From contig JAVEBF010000037.1 of NCBI GenBank assembly GCA_051941275.1, forward strand, positions 1 to 41,805: a DNA stretch of 41,805 nt, written 5' to 3'. This DNA is from Dirinaria sp. TL-2023a (Eukaryota). Of this stretch, positions 1-14,063 are shown one piece after another. Numbering within the stretch: position 1 is the stretch's first letter; the number at the start of each line of letters is the position of its first letter. A program made the translations under genes and the position numbers. The notes below the pieces were generated by a model. That model searched no databases and had not been told where the DNA came from. It was given only the letters and a program-made list of their open reading frames with translations.

Positions 1-1210
1 GCATCGTGTCTGCATGTATATATATATATACTCAAATATTGATAGAGCTCATCATGGGCTCCACCCCGTCTTGTAGATAGATAGATGTACAGCATTTTCT
101 CCTCTTTACATTGGTGAAAACCTAAAAGCGCGCATATTTAATCTATAACATGCCATTACCTTCCCAAAATCCGCATGGAGCGGAGATTCAGAAAGCTGGG
201 GGGAAAAACGGCGTTGTTCCTCCTATTTCAGTGAACAGGAGTAATTTGACATCAATACACATGGTGTAAAGATGGAACTGTTCGGCATGAAAGAGAGATC
301 GGACTCGTGAGCTTTTATCTATTATTACTGATTGTTGAAGAAACCGTGGTAGGATAGTGATAAGGGGTAAGTAAGGTAGTTGAGCGGAGAGTGCATGGGG
401 TGTGGGGACAATGAATGCAGTGACGATGGGCACGAAATATGTCGTCCACCTTACTACTACATGGAGGTAAATGCATATAACCTTGGCCAAATAAGGCGGA
501 CCGTAAGGTAGGTAGCGGTTTTTGGTGCCTCATTCTAAGTAAGGTAGCCATGAATGGAAGGAAACAACGGTTCATATATCTCCGGCCATTTTTGATAATG
601 GTTGGATATTAGGTAGGTCTAATCCGTTTCATGCATGCATGCTACGAGCACTCTCTCGTTGGTATCTACCACCATTCTAGGATTATTTAACGCAAGGGTA
701 ACATGGTGAAACATGATGGGTGGGTTGCAAGGATTCTAATAAACGCTGGCTGATATCTAGGAGCCGACCCATACTCATTCAGATGCTTTGGTCGGTCAGG
801 GGAAACCCCCCCCCTCTCCCGCATCAATGTGCTAGTGGTGCTGCAAAGTGCTTAATCGTGCTTATTCGACAGGTGGCGTGGCGGTCGTGTGGGGGGGGGT
901 AATCGTTGGCTCGAGAGAGGAAGCTGGTGCTCGGTAGGGGGGGCTCGGTCGTGCTAAGTCTGCAATTGGGGGTTTCGCCATGGGTGGAGTGCCGCTTTCC
1001 GAGACGGGGTGTGGAATAGGGGGTTGGAGGCGACCTTGAAGAACCTGGTGATACGTCGTGCGTGGGGGGGTATGCGCCCGGTATTGCAGCAAGGTTCTGC
1101 GCGGTTTAGCAGACGCCAATCGTAGCTAGATCTGAACAGATCAACTTCAAGGCAAGTGGCGTATGCTTTACGTTGAAGAGGCGGTGCAGAACGTGGTCGC
1201 ACGAATAGTC

Positions 1211-4200
1211 TCATGACATCTGGACTCCTTGCCCACTGACCGATTGGCGCTTCACCTGTTCCCGAGCCCATCGAGCGGTTTCTATTGTTCGAGACTGGAA
1301 TTCGCGACTCGTTCGGACATCTTTGATCATTTGTGAGATCCAAGCCGCCTGGAATTGGGGTGCATAATCTCCTTGAGGGAAAGCATCGGCAAGGTCACTG
1401 GAAAGTTGTAAGCATTTGTAGACAAATCTTTGGGGCTTTGTTACCCAATGACGCCCATTGTCGCGCGTAACAGTGGTTCGCTCCTGTTGGTATTCTGGGC
1501 CACCGTATTCAGGTAGGCAAATATGACCGGTACGACTGGTTTCAATGATTGGGCTGCAAATCATCAGCATGCTCAGAATCTAGGTACAGCACCACCGACC
1601 GACCTTTCGTTTGCTTCAACGCAAGAATAATACCTCCCCAAGCATCCATAACACCCTCGCTCAAGGCAATTAGGTATTCATACATGTCATAGGTTGGTTC
1701 GCTTCGCGTGACATTCGCCGCGGCTTCCAAGACTTGCGCTGTAGTCTCCAAGTATTTCTCAAAATGAGCCCCAATGGCTTGAGCTATGTCGCCAAAGCAC
1801 TGTAGGACGGCGGGCTTCAGCTGGTTGGCAAAGATTGGGTTCTGTCGGCGGCATCAGCGTCAAGGCACTCATTGTCGATTCACAGGGCCTTCTTACCCGC
1901 AGATCACTGAGAAGATAGTTCATGAAGGTGTCGCAGTAAGGCTGGCAGTTCTCTCCGAGTGAACGTACGATATCGCTTACAAGCCCGATTGCCATTGCGC
2001 AAAGTCCAACCTCCTCGAGGTTGCCGAGGGCATTATACAGGAATGGTACAAACGAATCCATATATTTACCAAAGTCTTCTTCCAAGGCAGTGGCTAACGA
2101 GCCGACGGCAGCGAAGATGCTGTCCGGGACACTGGACTTTGGTCCTACGGTAGTCAACATCTGAAGTGACACCTGCATAGTCCGATCTGCTTGGGGTTTG
2201 ATTTCGCTTTCGAGACGCTGTATAATAGCCTATTCGATCCATTGAGCATGCTTCCTTTCCTCGCACTGGTGTACTTACAAGCAATACACTCGTCAAACTT
2301 GTCTGGATTTCCTCAAGCGTGTTTTTATCATCTGCGCTCACAATTTGCTGTTGCATAGGAATGGTGCCTTCTAAACGCTCCAAGATAATATCGGATAATT
2401 TAGCCACGATATGCAAGCTATTGATAGCAGCATTCATAACGAAGGTATTAAGGACTTCGTAAGCAGCCATACGAAGCTGACTGTCTGCTTGAGTGCTGAT
2501 GTGTACAGATTAATACGTTGGCAAATATTTGGCGTGCGGATGCAGCTTACCTCTCTGTTATACGGAGCAGATGTGTGACACTGTCCTGGAAGTGCGCCGA
2601 TAAATCATTTTCTTCACATCCAGGCTCACCCGCAAATTTCTCTGCAATACTCATCAAAGCCCAACAGCATGAGTTTGCCATTTTCGGATTGCTAGAGAGC
2701 CCAGCGAAAAGCGCCTGAATAAGTGAAGGCAGATTGACCTGAGGATTGATGGAGTCCGAAACATTTTCGCAGATACGGCCCAGAGCATACGCTACAGAAT
2801 CTTTAACCTGCACCACTGGATCATCCATCATAGCAATGAGGACTGGCAGGGCCTGTTTCACCAACGGATCTAGCGTCGGAATCTCTGGGCCCTCCATAAT
2901 CGCCCCAAAGGCAGACACAGCGGCGTCTCTACGATGCCAGTCATCATGTCGCAGATTTTGTTCCACGAAGCCTAGAACGAACTGAATCAGTTCGCTACCG
3001 ACTGTTTGCGCGAAAAGCTGCAGGCATTGATATGCAGCTCTTGAAACATTGTACTCGTCGTCTCCGGCATCTTCGTCTTGCTGCGCCAGCAATTCTAAAA
3101 TGACCGGGATAACCTCACGTGCTGCAACTCGTGCGAAATTGAAGTATGGCCTCATCTCTGTGGCGCCTTCCTGCTGAGCCTGTTGAAAAATCAGCAACCG
3201 GACGGAGCTAAAACCGTTAAATCGAGGGATACCAGAGTATTGTCGTCTTCAATAGCTATCTCTTCTTCGCAGACGGAGCTCCAGAACTCAACGGCTAGCT
3301 TAGCGACGTCTTCCTCTTGATGCTTCATTCCCATAATGGTAAGTCCAAACAGAGCCTTTTCCATGTAGAAACGCATTTTCTCGTAATAAAGACCCATTAT
3401 CCTGTTCAGACACCCGTATGAGGCCGCCTGAACGCGAGTGTCTTCGGCTTGGGTAGCTTCGCAGACAACCTGCATAATGTAGTTCCGCTCTCCTTCATTC
3501 TCAAAGTTGGTTCGAACGAATTCCAAAGAATCGGAAAGGGCCTGTATAGCAGAGTAGCGCACGTCTGTATTGGTCTCCTCTTTCCGCGCTCCTTGGACGA
3601 CAGCTGTTAGAATAGCGTTGGAGTGCTGAACAAGGCTATTTCTCAGTTCGATGTCATCGCTCTCGCAAATATAGCCGATCGTAGCCAGAGACGACTGCTT
3701 CAGATTGTCGGCGCCCTCTCCAACATTTGCCACCAGCGCAACCATGAGCTCAGGCCATTCACCTTGGGGAATTTCTGCGCCAGCTATAGCTGCAACGACT
3801 TGAGCAGCAGATGTACCTGCTCTCTTGTCGTTGGATCCAAGGCTCTTGAGTGCAAGCTCCTTGACTGAGGCTCTTGCATTTGGATTGACTTGGCGCCATC
3901 GATTCTGCATATACCGGAGCCGAGGGCCTTCACGAGCTGATAATGTGTTCTTCAGAGCTACACCGGCAGCCTGGCGAATATGAGGCTGCGCTTGCTCATT
4001 CGCAAGCTCTTGAGCCAATGTAGTAAGGTATGTTGCCTAAGTTTAGCATTAGCATATCGCATAGACAGAATACTACAGATGGATTTGTGTCGGACTTACG
4101 AAATCTGTCTCTGCAGCCTGAGTGAGCTGCTGCTCTGCATTTTGGCGCGTCGCGGCATCTGTGTCTTCGTGAGTACTGCGGTACTCATGTACTTTGACGC

Positions 4201-4259
4201 TCAACAACTTGTTAAATACCTGGTGAGAGCGTGCTCTCCAGCACCTGGTTTACATTCAT
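1211..4259 (-). CDS. KAP95: Importin subunit beta-1 (karyopherin beta 1), 9 exons
   Basis: Spliced model: 4259-4220, 4158-4100, 4036-3233, 3179-2551, 2495-2279, 2229-1897, 1841-1604, 1553-1445, 1397-1211. All introns are GT-AG and the frame is maintained. N-terminus MNVNQVLESTLSPDAATRQNAEQQL (IBN_N-like). Conserved segments NFENEGERNYIMQVVCEATQ, AVEFWSSVCEEE, WHRRDAAVSAFGAIMEGP. C-terminus ETARWAREQVKRQ. Confidence 0.96.
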
Positions 4260-5893
4260 TCTGTGCGAAAGATTGAAGACGCACGAATATCAGCACAGTA
4301 AACGAAATTCTGTATCCGAATAGCTGCAGTGTCCGAAGTCTGAGCGCAGTTGTGTCTCGCCGAAAGAGATGTCAGATAGCTCACATTGCCGAGGTGTGAT
4401 GTAAGCAGAATCGGGTTACTGAGCTTGCTTGAGTTGCTACCTTAATGTTGATGTTGATATTGATTGTTTCCAAAGATCCTGGATACATGTAAATTACACA
4501 ATTTCCCGTCTAATCGATGGGAAAGTATCTTATCTTACGTAAGTCATACCTGCTAACGGAGATAGCCGGACTTCTATCACTTCCGAGGTTCGCTAAACCA
4601 AACAGCAAACACATGAGCACATCTAAGGTAGCTTGAGCTTTTCACCATTTTATGTTGTTAAGTAGGTTGTTGAGCCCACAATGTAGGGCTTAGAAGTGTT
4701 ACAGTCCCTCAGTCGCTAAACTTTCATTGCTGAGCTCAGCTGATTGTCGGCTGCGTTATATGTCCCAGGCAGCGATCACGAAGAGTGGAATCCTTAGCTT
4801 GTCTACGATCCTACTTACTATCACACTCAGCTGCAGTCTCGTCACGAAGCACATTCTTCAAACGCATCCCACAAAGTGCGATTCAGAGCATGCGAACTGA
4901 GCTTGATGCAGAAGTGTCCGAAAGCTCAGGAAGTTTGATAATCTACAATTCCAAGATAAATATGAAATCCTGCTCCATCCACACGATCGATAATCATGAA
5001 TCAGTAAGGAAATCACCGATGACAGTCACTATTCGCGTACAAGGCTGCATATAGAGCCATGTTGGTCTTACTGAAAATGCGACATTATTATTGATCTAAT
5101 CTTGTATCAGGTTCAAAAACAGAGATCATTGTCCTTCGAGGATTCTGAGAAGGTGCCGTAAGGGTCTTCAAGGCTTCGGCAACCCCATCTGGATCTTCTT
5201 TACCATATCAACGCTAGACGTGGTCCACAGGATCCGCCATGGCTCCTTTCGTAATATGATGGGGCAGCTCAATTCTAAGATCCAGTGATTACAGCCTCAC
5301 TGCGTAATTTCCTTGTGATCAAGTCGATGTCTCGCCCAGGAATGCGCTTTCTGGCACCACCTACGCTTCCGTTTCTTCAGCCTTTTCGCGATAGTCTCGT
5401 AAACATCTGGTACTGAGCTGATATCTCTAATTCTATAATGACTACCACTCGCGCGTACTTCATCTCATGGTCTTTCTAGACAACTATTTGCCATGTCATT
5501 TCGTCATTGCTCTAGCTAGCGAGGGACAATTAAAGACCTATCGTGCTTCATCTCGCACGCTGTTGATCAAGAGCACAATCGCAATGATCCAGCCGTCCCT
5601 GTTTGTTTGGAACTCGTACTTCTGCTTAGAGCTCTACGTACCAAATAGCGCATCGCAGGCTAACCTCATAGCTCGCGTAGAGCATTTCCACAAACCTCTG
5701 GGCGTGTTACAATGTTCCTCATAAGAACACCAAATTGTACTTCTTCATAAGTAAAGCCTTTGATTGAAAGCCTTCTTCAAAGCCCGGTGGCTGATCTCGG
5801 ATTGTACAAGCAACGAACACTTGTCAGCACTCGTTGGTTGGCACTTGTGCATCGCCTGTTCGTGCCATCATTCTATAATTTCTCCAGAATACT

Positions 5894-8597
5894 TCATGTC
5901 ATAATTGCATCCTCGGAGCCTAAATCTGTGGGAAGAGCCTCCTCGCCACTGTCGGTGATGGAGCTATGAAGGTCATAAACTCGGTAACGAAGCTTGTCCT
6001 GCGCAAGGACACAAACGGCGCGTCTTCCTTTGCGGCCTCCAATTTGAAGGCGCTCTGGAGCCCAGGTGGCACCAGCAGGAAAAGTATGCTGCGAATATTG
6101 GCTAATGTCCCCAGCGTCGAATGGGTTAAGGGTCAAAACAGAGCTACTATCACCATGCTTATGCCTGGCATTGTCAAAGTCTTCATATATCAAGCCTTGA
6201 GCTCCATGCTCCATTCGACGGTAATTGATGCTAAGTAGCTTAGACGATGCTTGTAAAGGTTTAGCTTGCCTCAAAGTCTTCGAGAAAGGACCTAGAGCAG
6301 GACTTACACTCCCCCTTCACGGCCAACATGAGCTTCTCATCATCTTCGAATTTCGCGTCTTGGACAAACCCAGACAAGATATGCACAAGTGCTCGTTGAA
6401 CACTTACAGTGGTGCTTATGCCGTTCTCGATGACGATTTCTAGTTTGAAAAGGCTTACTATGGCCAGTCAAAGCAAACCCTTGAACAGATCCAGCATGAA
6501 TACCATATTTTGCTTCCTGACTAGGCCCTATCACCGTGTACAGGTTGGAACGACCCATTTCACTCACATCCTTCTGAGAACTTTCCTTAGCCATCAGGGA
6601 TGCAAGAGAGAATTGGTGCACATACCTCAAGTACCATTCTCATATCGATGCATTCAGTATTGCCTTTGCCAAGGCATATGTTGGATCCGAATCTGATATT
6701 CCTAGTCTGGGTCTCTGCAATTCCGTGGAAAACCGCACTGCACTGCATGTCAAGGTGTGCCAGCAGCGCGTCAAGACCTGGCAACTGCTTCTCTGGAAAG
6801 TTAGGCTTGCTTGGCCTGCGGAGCTCTCGCTTGTATAGGTCATACAATGACCGCCCTTCAGCTGCAATGTCCCATTGAGGTTGTCCATCCGCCGTTTCTG
6901 CGAGGTTGAAAAGATCAACAAGACGACTTTGCTTCATGGCACCTTGAATGTACTCGAGTGTACTAGCGTGGTCGATGTGGGGATCCCTTTCATTCATTTC
7001 CTGGGCAGTAGACGCACTCGTATCCGTGGACTGTGTTTCGATCTCTTGCCGAAGCCAAGCAGAAAAGGCAGAGAATTGGCTGAGCTCGGAGCTTGCCGTA
7101 ATCAATACATGATGCGTCAGAAGCTGCAAGCAACTGACAGTATCAAGAACATTATCCAGCTCTTGAGTAGAAAGGCCGAATGATGCTTTCGAGTTCTGAA
7201 ATTTAGAGAGACCCCTGAGTCGGCTCACAAGAATCGTAAATCTTTCCAAGGCCGGTAGAAGATTCTCGTGCGTAAGGCGCCGGATTGTCTCATATCCTGT
7301 AGTAGCTGCTTTTTCCCATCGTTTATGCCCCTATCATAGTATTTAGTAGCCTTCGTGGGCAAACTAGGTGACTGGCGCGAACCCTTTCACCCAGTTCCTC
7401 CACCAACCATTCCTTCACTTGTGGGAAGCAATGGCCAGTTACGACAGTATGGTAAGCGGCTTGCGTCCAAGTGCAGTCATGCGTCTCCTGGAGTGTTTCT
7501 TCCACATTCCGTACAAATCTACGAGGTAGATCTTGCGAGGCTTTGAACTCGCTGTAGATCTGCTTTTGCACCTGCTGCATATAACGCAGAAGATTATGAA
7601 GCCGAGTCGACTTCGACGCAAGCAAGGAGAGGTACCTACCGGTGCTCGAGATTAACCGAAGGTCTAGAGGTGTCATACAAAGAGTTTCACCGTCTGGCGT
7701 TGAATTAGCGACAAGCAGTGGATGTGTTGTCGAATATGGATGAGAACAGTGAGATACAAGCCTGTTATGCTGGGCAGGTCGTGTATCTGTCGGGAGACTG
7801 AAATGGCCTATCTCGAAGAAATCATATATGCTCAGATGAATAGTACCATCTTCGAAGCCAATAACCAGCAGATCTGCCGAGTCGTTGGCAACTTTGCTTT
7901 CTGGCTGAAACAGTGTGTCTAAGGACATTCGCGAGTCGAAAACCTCATCCCTTTGCGCGTCAGGTTAGTAATGATTGCGCAAAGAAACCCAGGAGTACTT
8001 ACTCCACTCCTCCGGAACTTAATGAGCTAAGTCTGGGTAGCAAAGCTTCAACATCCAAGAAGGCCAAATCTCGAGGCAAATCTGGGGGACTATCAGAAGC
8101 GCTACGCTTGGCGCCTGGACTGAAAAGGTCATCCAAGGAGGCTTCCCGTCCTAATTTGTCTCTCGGTATTTGAAGCGTATCCGCATCAACAAGGTTTATA
8201 CCCCAGCCTAAGCAGCATATGGCAGATTTCGATTCAACCGAACAGTCTATCTGATGTATTATCTTGCCCGTATGTGCACTAGTAAGGTATACATAGTTAT
8301 TTTCAAGTGCCACAGCAATGATCAGCCCTATGCAAATTGTTATCTCAGGCTTGAATGATGCCGTGTCTCCTTACCATTAGGCTTCCACACGATTCCTTTC
8401 ACCACTGCTGTTCCCATCTTGTTATTGACGCTAAATACCTTTTGGCCATTCAATCTATTCACGCTAACCTGTCCATCAACCGCTCCAGACGCGATCAGAT
8501 CCATTGTTGGACAGTAGGACAGATGCTTGGGATTGATTGCAGACTGCACCACTCTCTCAGCCAGCATGTCATAGGCATTGCACAAGTGGTGCTCCAT
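5894..8597 (-). CDS. APC4: Anaphase-promoting complex subunit 4, about 7 exons
   Basis: N-terminal WD40-like segment SYCPTMDLIA...VNRLNGQKV...WKPNG. Long domain with LLVIGFEDGTIHLSIYDFFEIG and VKEWLVEELGER/GHKRWEKA...HENLLPALER. C-terminus IGGRKGRRAVCVL. GT-AG introns include 8374-8328, 8002-7951, 7382-7331, 6625-6574 and 6307-6250, plus one near 6503-6457. Confidence 0.9.
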
Positions 8598-9047
8598 GCT
8601 GATCGACTACCTTGTGGTCTGTTATCAAATTTTCTTCTATCGGCTTTATCAAACCGTGTGCCTCGATGGCAGGAGCGTTACCTTAGCTAGCATGGAACTC
8701 CAGGGTTCAGCAAGGGTTTCTGGGGCCCCTACCTTGCCTAAAGTATTAATTACAATTTGTGCCGATGGAAGGCTTACTTCCAAGCCTCTCACAGATGCGT
8801 TTGAGGTTGCTACCAATGATTTAAGTACTGGATGTGAGTTTAGGGGCTGATTTGGTCGCTGAGCATATGCCAAAATTACTTAAATCGTATTGGAAATGGT
8901 TCCCTCGGATACAGGTATCCTTGTCATTGTGGTTACATGTAAGATACGTTTTCAAGAGTTGGCTACCGAGCAAATGCTCTGAGGTAGAAGTCAATTAAAT
9001 GTTGACCTTATCTCAAACAGATCTAAACACTAGGGCAATGTTATGCT

Positions 9048-10785
9048 TTACTCTATGAGATAGGAGTCCGCCCCTGAGTTGATGTCTTTGGTGAAAGACA
9101 AGTCCTGATCCATGTCTAATAAAGTGACAGAACGAACCTATGGACAAGTCAGCTAGGATACGGAGTTGGGTAGAGACATACATACATCAACGTCTATCAA
9201 TGGTTTACTCTTCGAGAACCGTACGCTCATTGGGAAAAATTCGCTTTCGTCTTTTGCTTGAGCCTCAAATTCGAAGGCCCCGGTACTGTTGGATTCGTCT
9301 ATGGTGCCTACGCTCCACTCTAGACTGTCCCCTGACACCTCGTATACAGCGTCGAAGCTAGACACGGCGGGCTCGCTGGTAACATAGGGGATAGTCACAG
9401 TGACATCCAGGAGACTGTCCGACCCTGACAATTCATATTCAACGGTGATCGTCCAGGACTCGTCCGAGCCTTGATTTGTCCATACTGTGAAAGTAATAGG
9501 CAGCGCGTCCCCGGTAGTAGCGCTTGCGGTCCACCGGAGGACTCCGACAGAATTATTGACAGGAAAGCCTTTCGAAGTGTCTCTTAGCTGTACGGCTTTC
9601 GAATTATTGAATAAGACTTTGTCTACATTAGGATGTGTTCGGAATTGGGCACCATGGGTGACATTAGCGACCAAATCGAGCTTGACTTTTGTGAGGCTGG
9701 GATCTGAAATACGAAGCTGAAGGTCGCCTTTGACATTGAATGATTTCAAAGTACCCTCTCTCGAAATTTTCGCTGAAATGCTCTCGGCAATGGTAGCATG
9801 GATGGCATCACGGTCGGCGGAGATTGAGGCTCGAGCTGAAGGTGTAGCCTCAGTTGCCGACATAGCCTGTGGTACAAGCGGAGTAGATTCTTCAATTTGT
9901 GAAGTACCAAGGTCTCCACGGACGCGCTCGAACATATCTGTCGTCTTCGATTTCTTACCCAATTGCATACCTTTTCCTTTTGGTGCGGTCGCTCTGCTAC
10001 AATTTAGTATAATACCCTAGCTAGATCGGTACCAGTGAAACCCACTTGTACGATCGATTCTTCTCAGCCTCATAGCTATCGTAATTGTCGTGTGTGGTGG
10101 GACGAGGTGGTGGAGTGTAGACTGGATACGAGGGCGTACGAGGAACAGCGCCACGACCGCTTCGAGCCATTTCCTTACGTTGAAGTTCAAGCTGCTTGGC
10201 TTTTCTTTTGCGTTCCTCAGTAGCTTCAAGCTCCTTGTTCTGTCGCGACAAATTAATCCCTTTCCAAGTGTTCGATGTGACAGCATCCATACCCGCGAGA
10301 TGATCTCCTGTATCCGCTCTTCATGACTTTCCATTTCCAGAAATGTCTTTATCTGGCCCAAAGACAGGTTTTCTCGATAACCCAAAGTAACAAGCTCGTC
10401 AAAGGCACTGAGCAGCTCGTAGGCATTACGGAGGATCTCTCGCTCATCCAAGCTCTTGCAGATACTACTTACAACTTGTGCAAACAAATGCAACGAGTCA
10501 ATGTCTTGAAGAATGTTCGATTGTCGATTAGTGATGAGAACCATATAAAGCTCGTCCAACGGCTGATACACGTATCGAACATTGTCCTGCTCCACTGTGG
10601 TATGTTGTGTGCCTGAGTCCGCTAGTTTCGGAAAAGAGGCCAATAAACCCTCAATTCGTGAGCGTGCTACTTCCCGAAATTGGCGTGACAGAACAGCCTT
10701 TCCTCCACGAGTACATATCGAAGCCGCAAGGACAACCTAAATAGAGTCAGCACAATCTTGCCATCTGTCGTCTCTGCAGTACCAT
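9048..10785 (-). CDS. RET2: Coatomer subunit delta (delta-COP), 5 exons
   Basis: ATG-only first exon (10785-10783), intron 10782-10737, then VVLAASICTRGGKAVLSRQF. Longin-like segment VRYVYQPLDELY...SNILQDIDSL...EMESHEERIQ. C-terminal mu-homology region QFRTHPNVDK...GVLRW. Final exon 9137-9048 ends YLIE-TAA. Confidence 0.95.
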
Positions 10786-10949
10786 TTTCGGCCTATTGTC
10801 CTAGGAGATTGAGTGCCAAACACGCCCAATATAAAAGGTTCGAAGATTCGAGTAGGAGAGAACTTGCGAGGAGTAGCGCTGAATCGAAGGCACCCTACCC
10901 ACCGCCTTAATGCTGTAGTGCTTGTTGTCGGGGTGGTAACGGATTGGAT

Positions 10950-11032
10950 GTAGGTACCTTAGGTACCGTATTTTACATTAAGAAGGTACCTTACCTTAAG
11001 GTACCTACTACCTACCTAGGTAAGGTTTAAGG
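10950..11032. promoter_or_regulatory. TACCTT/AAGGTA motif cluster in the delta-COP / Rmr1-like divergent promoter
   Basis: Dense overlapping GGTACC, TACCTTAAGGTA (10992-11003) and TACCTAGGTA palindromes. A regulatory role is inferred from position only. Confidence 0.45.
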
Positions 11033-11422
11033 CTGAACACGGACGGATAAACAAGGAGCCGATACAGCTGATGCCGAATTCAGAGACGCGCCGCATTACT
11101 CCCAGTTTACTCTAAAATACCAGACTTCATTTGCACTCATGTCTTCGCGTCATCTTCAGTGGTGCAGATACAGTCGTATCGCTCTCCCAACTCTTTCCAG
11201 CATACCATCATAACACATTTCAGTCTATCTTCTTCAACTGCACCTAGGAATTACATAAAACATAATGTGACGCCAGGTTTTATTAGTGTCCAATCCGTCA
11301 ACTGTCAAGATCATCACTACATGGTAGTTGGAGCTGCTGAAAACTTCTCCAGCTGTTTAGCATCAGCCTATTCAACGACCACATATCAGATTATGGTTCT
11401 GAATGCCCCTTAGATTGAAGCT

Positions 11423-14063
11423 ATGGACACACAGGAAAATGCAGATATCCCTCGACTCGGTCTGCCATCCAATGAAGATCCCATGCGACTCTCTCCAGAC
11501 ATGGACAGGCATCTATCTGCTGATGAGGACATCGATATCGACATCGACATTGAAAGCGAAATTACACATAACGACGACAATAGCATGGATCGACAAGATG
11601 GTGGTGGCCATGGATCCGACACAGGAAATGATGACGAGATGATCGACGATAAGGATATTCAGGGGGAATATGGCGATAACACATCACTCATTGACGAAGA
11701 TCTTGATGATGTAGAAGGTTCTGTGGCGGAAAATGCTGAAGCTCTTACGGGAGAGGAACACCAAGATAGTGGAATCAAGCAAGACGTGCCACGTGCTGAG
11801 AGTTTCCTGATTGGGAGTGCAGCAGAGACAAGCGACACTCAGGGACAAGACCAGTATAGAGAATTGAGGGAGGATTTTGGTGATGATGCGCTACAAGTCG
11901 ATTTGGAACAGCCATATTGGGACCAGAATGTTCAAAACACCGAAAATGCTGGCAAGGGCAGTAGCCAGGCTGGAGCTGAAAACTTGGCGCAGGAAACAAA
12001 CATTGAGGCTCACGACTTCGATGGTTCAACGAAAGGCCAGGCAGACTTTGCCTGGACGGAACCAGCTAGGAGGCAGGTGTCCGCGACAGGGGAACCAACA
12101 TCGGAAAACGAGGAAATTGCCTCTAGTACACCGCGGCGCGAAGCAGCAGAATTGCAACCTGAAAGTCCAAGTAGCGGACAGCAACCAGAGTATCAGTACT
12201 TACATCCTATCATTGTTGTCTACCAGGGCAACGAGATGTCATTGTTTCCTCCTTCGGATCAAGGTTCGGAGCAATCACAGACATACTTTTTGCACGATGA
12301 GGCTTTTGCTCGAGACAGTATCAGCAATCTACTGCAGCAATGCAGATTGGTTCTCGACGATAGCATAGAGGCGCACGATAAGCTGGAGCTCAAGATTCCA
12401 GATCTTGGGGTTAACATTGATGAGGTAGGGACTACATTCCATTTAGACTTCAAAAATTCACTAATAATGGTATTCCTATAGTCTACCGCATTGACTACCG
12501 ACACTACTTTAGCTCAGATCGTTGATATCTATCTACATCTGGCCCACAATGATAGACAGGACGATCCTGGTCCACTTTATACCGAGCTTTGCGTCAACAC
12601 TTCATGCTTGAACCGCTTGGAATATCTATTAACTGCTGTTGCTGATGGAAAGGGCCTGTCGCAATTAGAACCTCTCTTTGCATTCGAAGAGTCAAATCAA
12701 GATGATGGATTAAGCTACGGCGAGGAAGACACCAATCAAGAGCAAAGAACTACTTCGAAAGGATCTTCAGAGACATATAGCCCAGCAGGAGCAATCCCAG
12801 CTCACGCTGATCAGGGCGGTCTGAGCAACAAGATGCAGAAGAGCCCAATGCCATCACTAAGCGTCGAAGATGACGCTGTCAAGCATGTCTCCAAACCTAA
12901 TGATAGGCCTGTTGGAACTTCGTTAGAAGATACTGAAATTGAGAATCTTACCGAACTTGCTGACGAGAAAGTGACGAAAACTGAGTTGTTTGCAGCAGAT
13001 ATAAAAGAGGACGGGGGAGTGATCCTTAGAACAGAGGAACAGAAGGAGAACGCTACTGATGATATCATCGATTATCCCAATGATGATGATCTTGCTGGCG
13101 ACTCGTCAGCAGGATCATCCACACTTCAAGGGGATGTCAATGACCAGAAGGCATCAAACTTACCTCATTCAACCCAGGCATCAGCCCTTTCCACGCCCGA
13201 TGCTATCGATACCGATATACCGCCGTCAGAATACGAGTCCGCGAGCCTAGACGATATCCACCATAATCTCGAAGGGCTTCTGGATCAGCCTGCGCTCGAA
13301 GACCAGCGGACGTTTGGTACTGATAAGGAGTCTTCCTCAAACGAGCATACAGCGGGAATTGCAGCGCCTCTGTTGGAGGACGGCAATGATTACAGCCTAA
13401 TAGAGGAGTATGAAGAAGCCAACAGTATCCGCGATGATGTGCCAGTCGACGAGTCGTTTGTAGAAACCCGAACCCAGACTCATATGCTAACAAGCCATAC
13501 GGAAGACCAGATTGAGAACATTTACGAGGAGACGCAACGTAGTAGCCATGCAGGAGAGCCGGCTACGGAAGCACGGAGTGGATTTCCTGAATTTTACCAA
13601 CACCGTGACACAGGCTCGACCATCAATAACGGCCCAACCGTTTCACAGGAATTGGGTCCTGTTACAAACGATATCAGTTCCAGCGTTGGAGAGGCAAATA
13701 GCGGCTTTGGTCACGACCGCTTCCGTGATATGCCCGAAAAATTGACTGCTGGATCTAACGATAGTCCCACACACTTACCGCTTCAGAGCATGACAGCAAC
13801 TGAGAAAGTTGGGTCGGCCCTGGATGACGCCGATGAAATCACCTTTGACGATGACGAAGACGACATGACTATTGCTAGTAAGCCTTCGGGCTTGAATGCT
13901 ACGCCTAGTCTAAGTCCCCATACGTTAAAACGGATGCGCAGCAGTCAGGAAGATGACCTTGGAGCAAACGGTGACTCTTCTGGTAAGTCGGCATCCAAGA
14001 TCCTTCACGCTGAGCATTGGACTAATCATTTGGACAGAGTCCAAACGCGTCCGGTCAACTTGA
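11423..14063 (+). CDS. Acidic, largely low-complexity protein resembling the Rmr1/DUF2420 family, 3 exons
   Basis: Exons 11423-12424, 12482-13982, 14038-14063 (GT-AG with CTAAT branch sites). D/E-rich. Central block HPIIVVYQGNEMSLFPP...TYFL...TLAQIVDIYLHLAHND...PLYTEL. Basic C-terminus ESKRVRST* (NLS-like). Family assignment is from recall. Confidence 0.75.

Noticed and set aside
5095..5410. Protein-looking minus-strand frame with several stops between KAP95 and APC4 (possible pseudogene or A-to-I corrected gene)
   Set aside because: About 5 stops in ~100 codons equals random expectation. The stops are mixed TAA/TAG/TGA and no domain is recognisable.
5894..8597. Possible mating-type locus neighbourhood, suggested by an APC subunit
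   Set aside because: The MAT-linked genes are APN2, SLA2, COX13 and APC5. This gene is APC4, and no alpha-box or HMG gene is seen.
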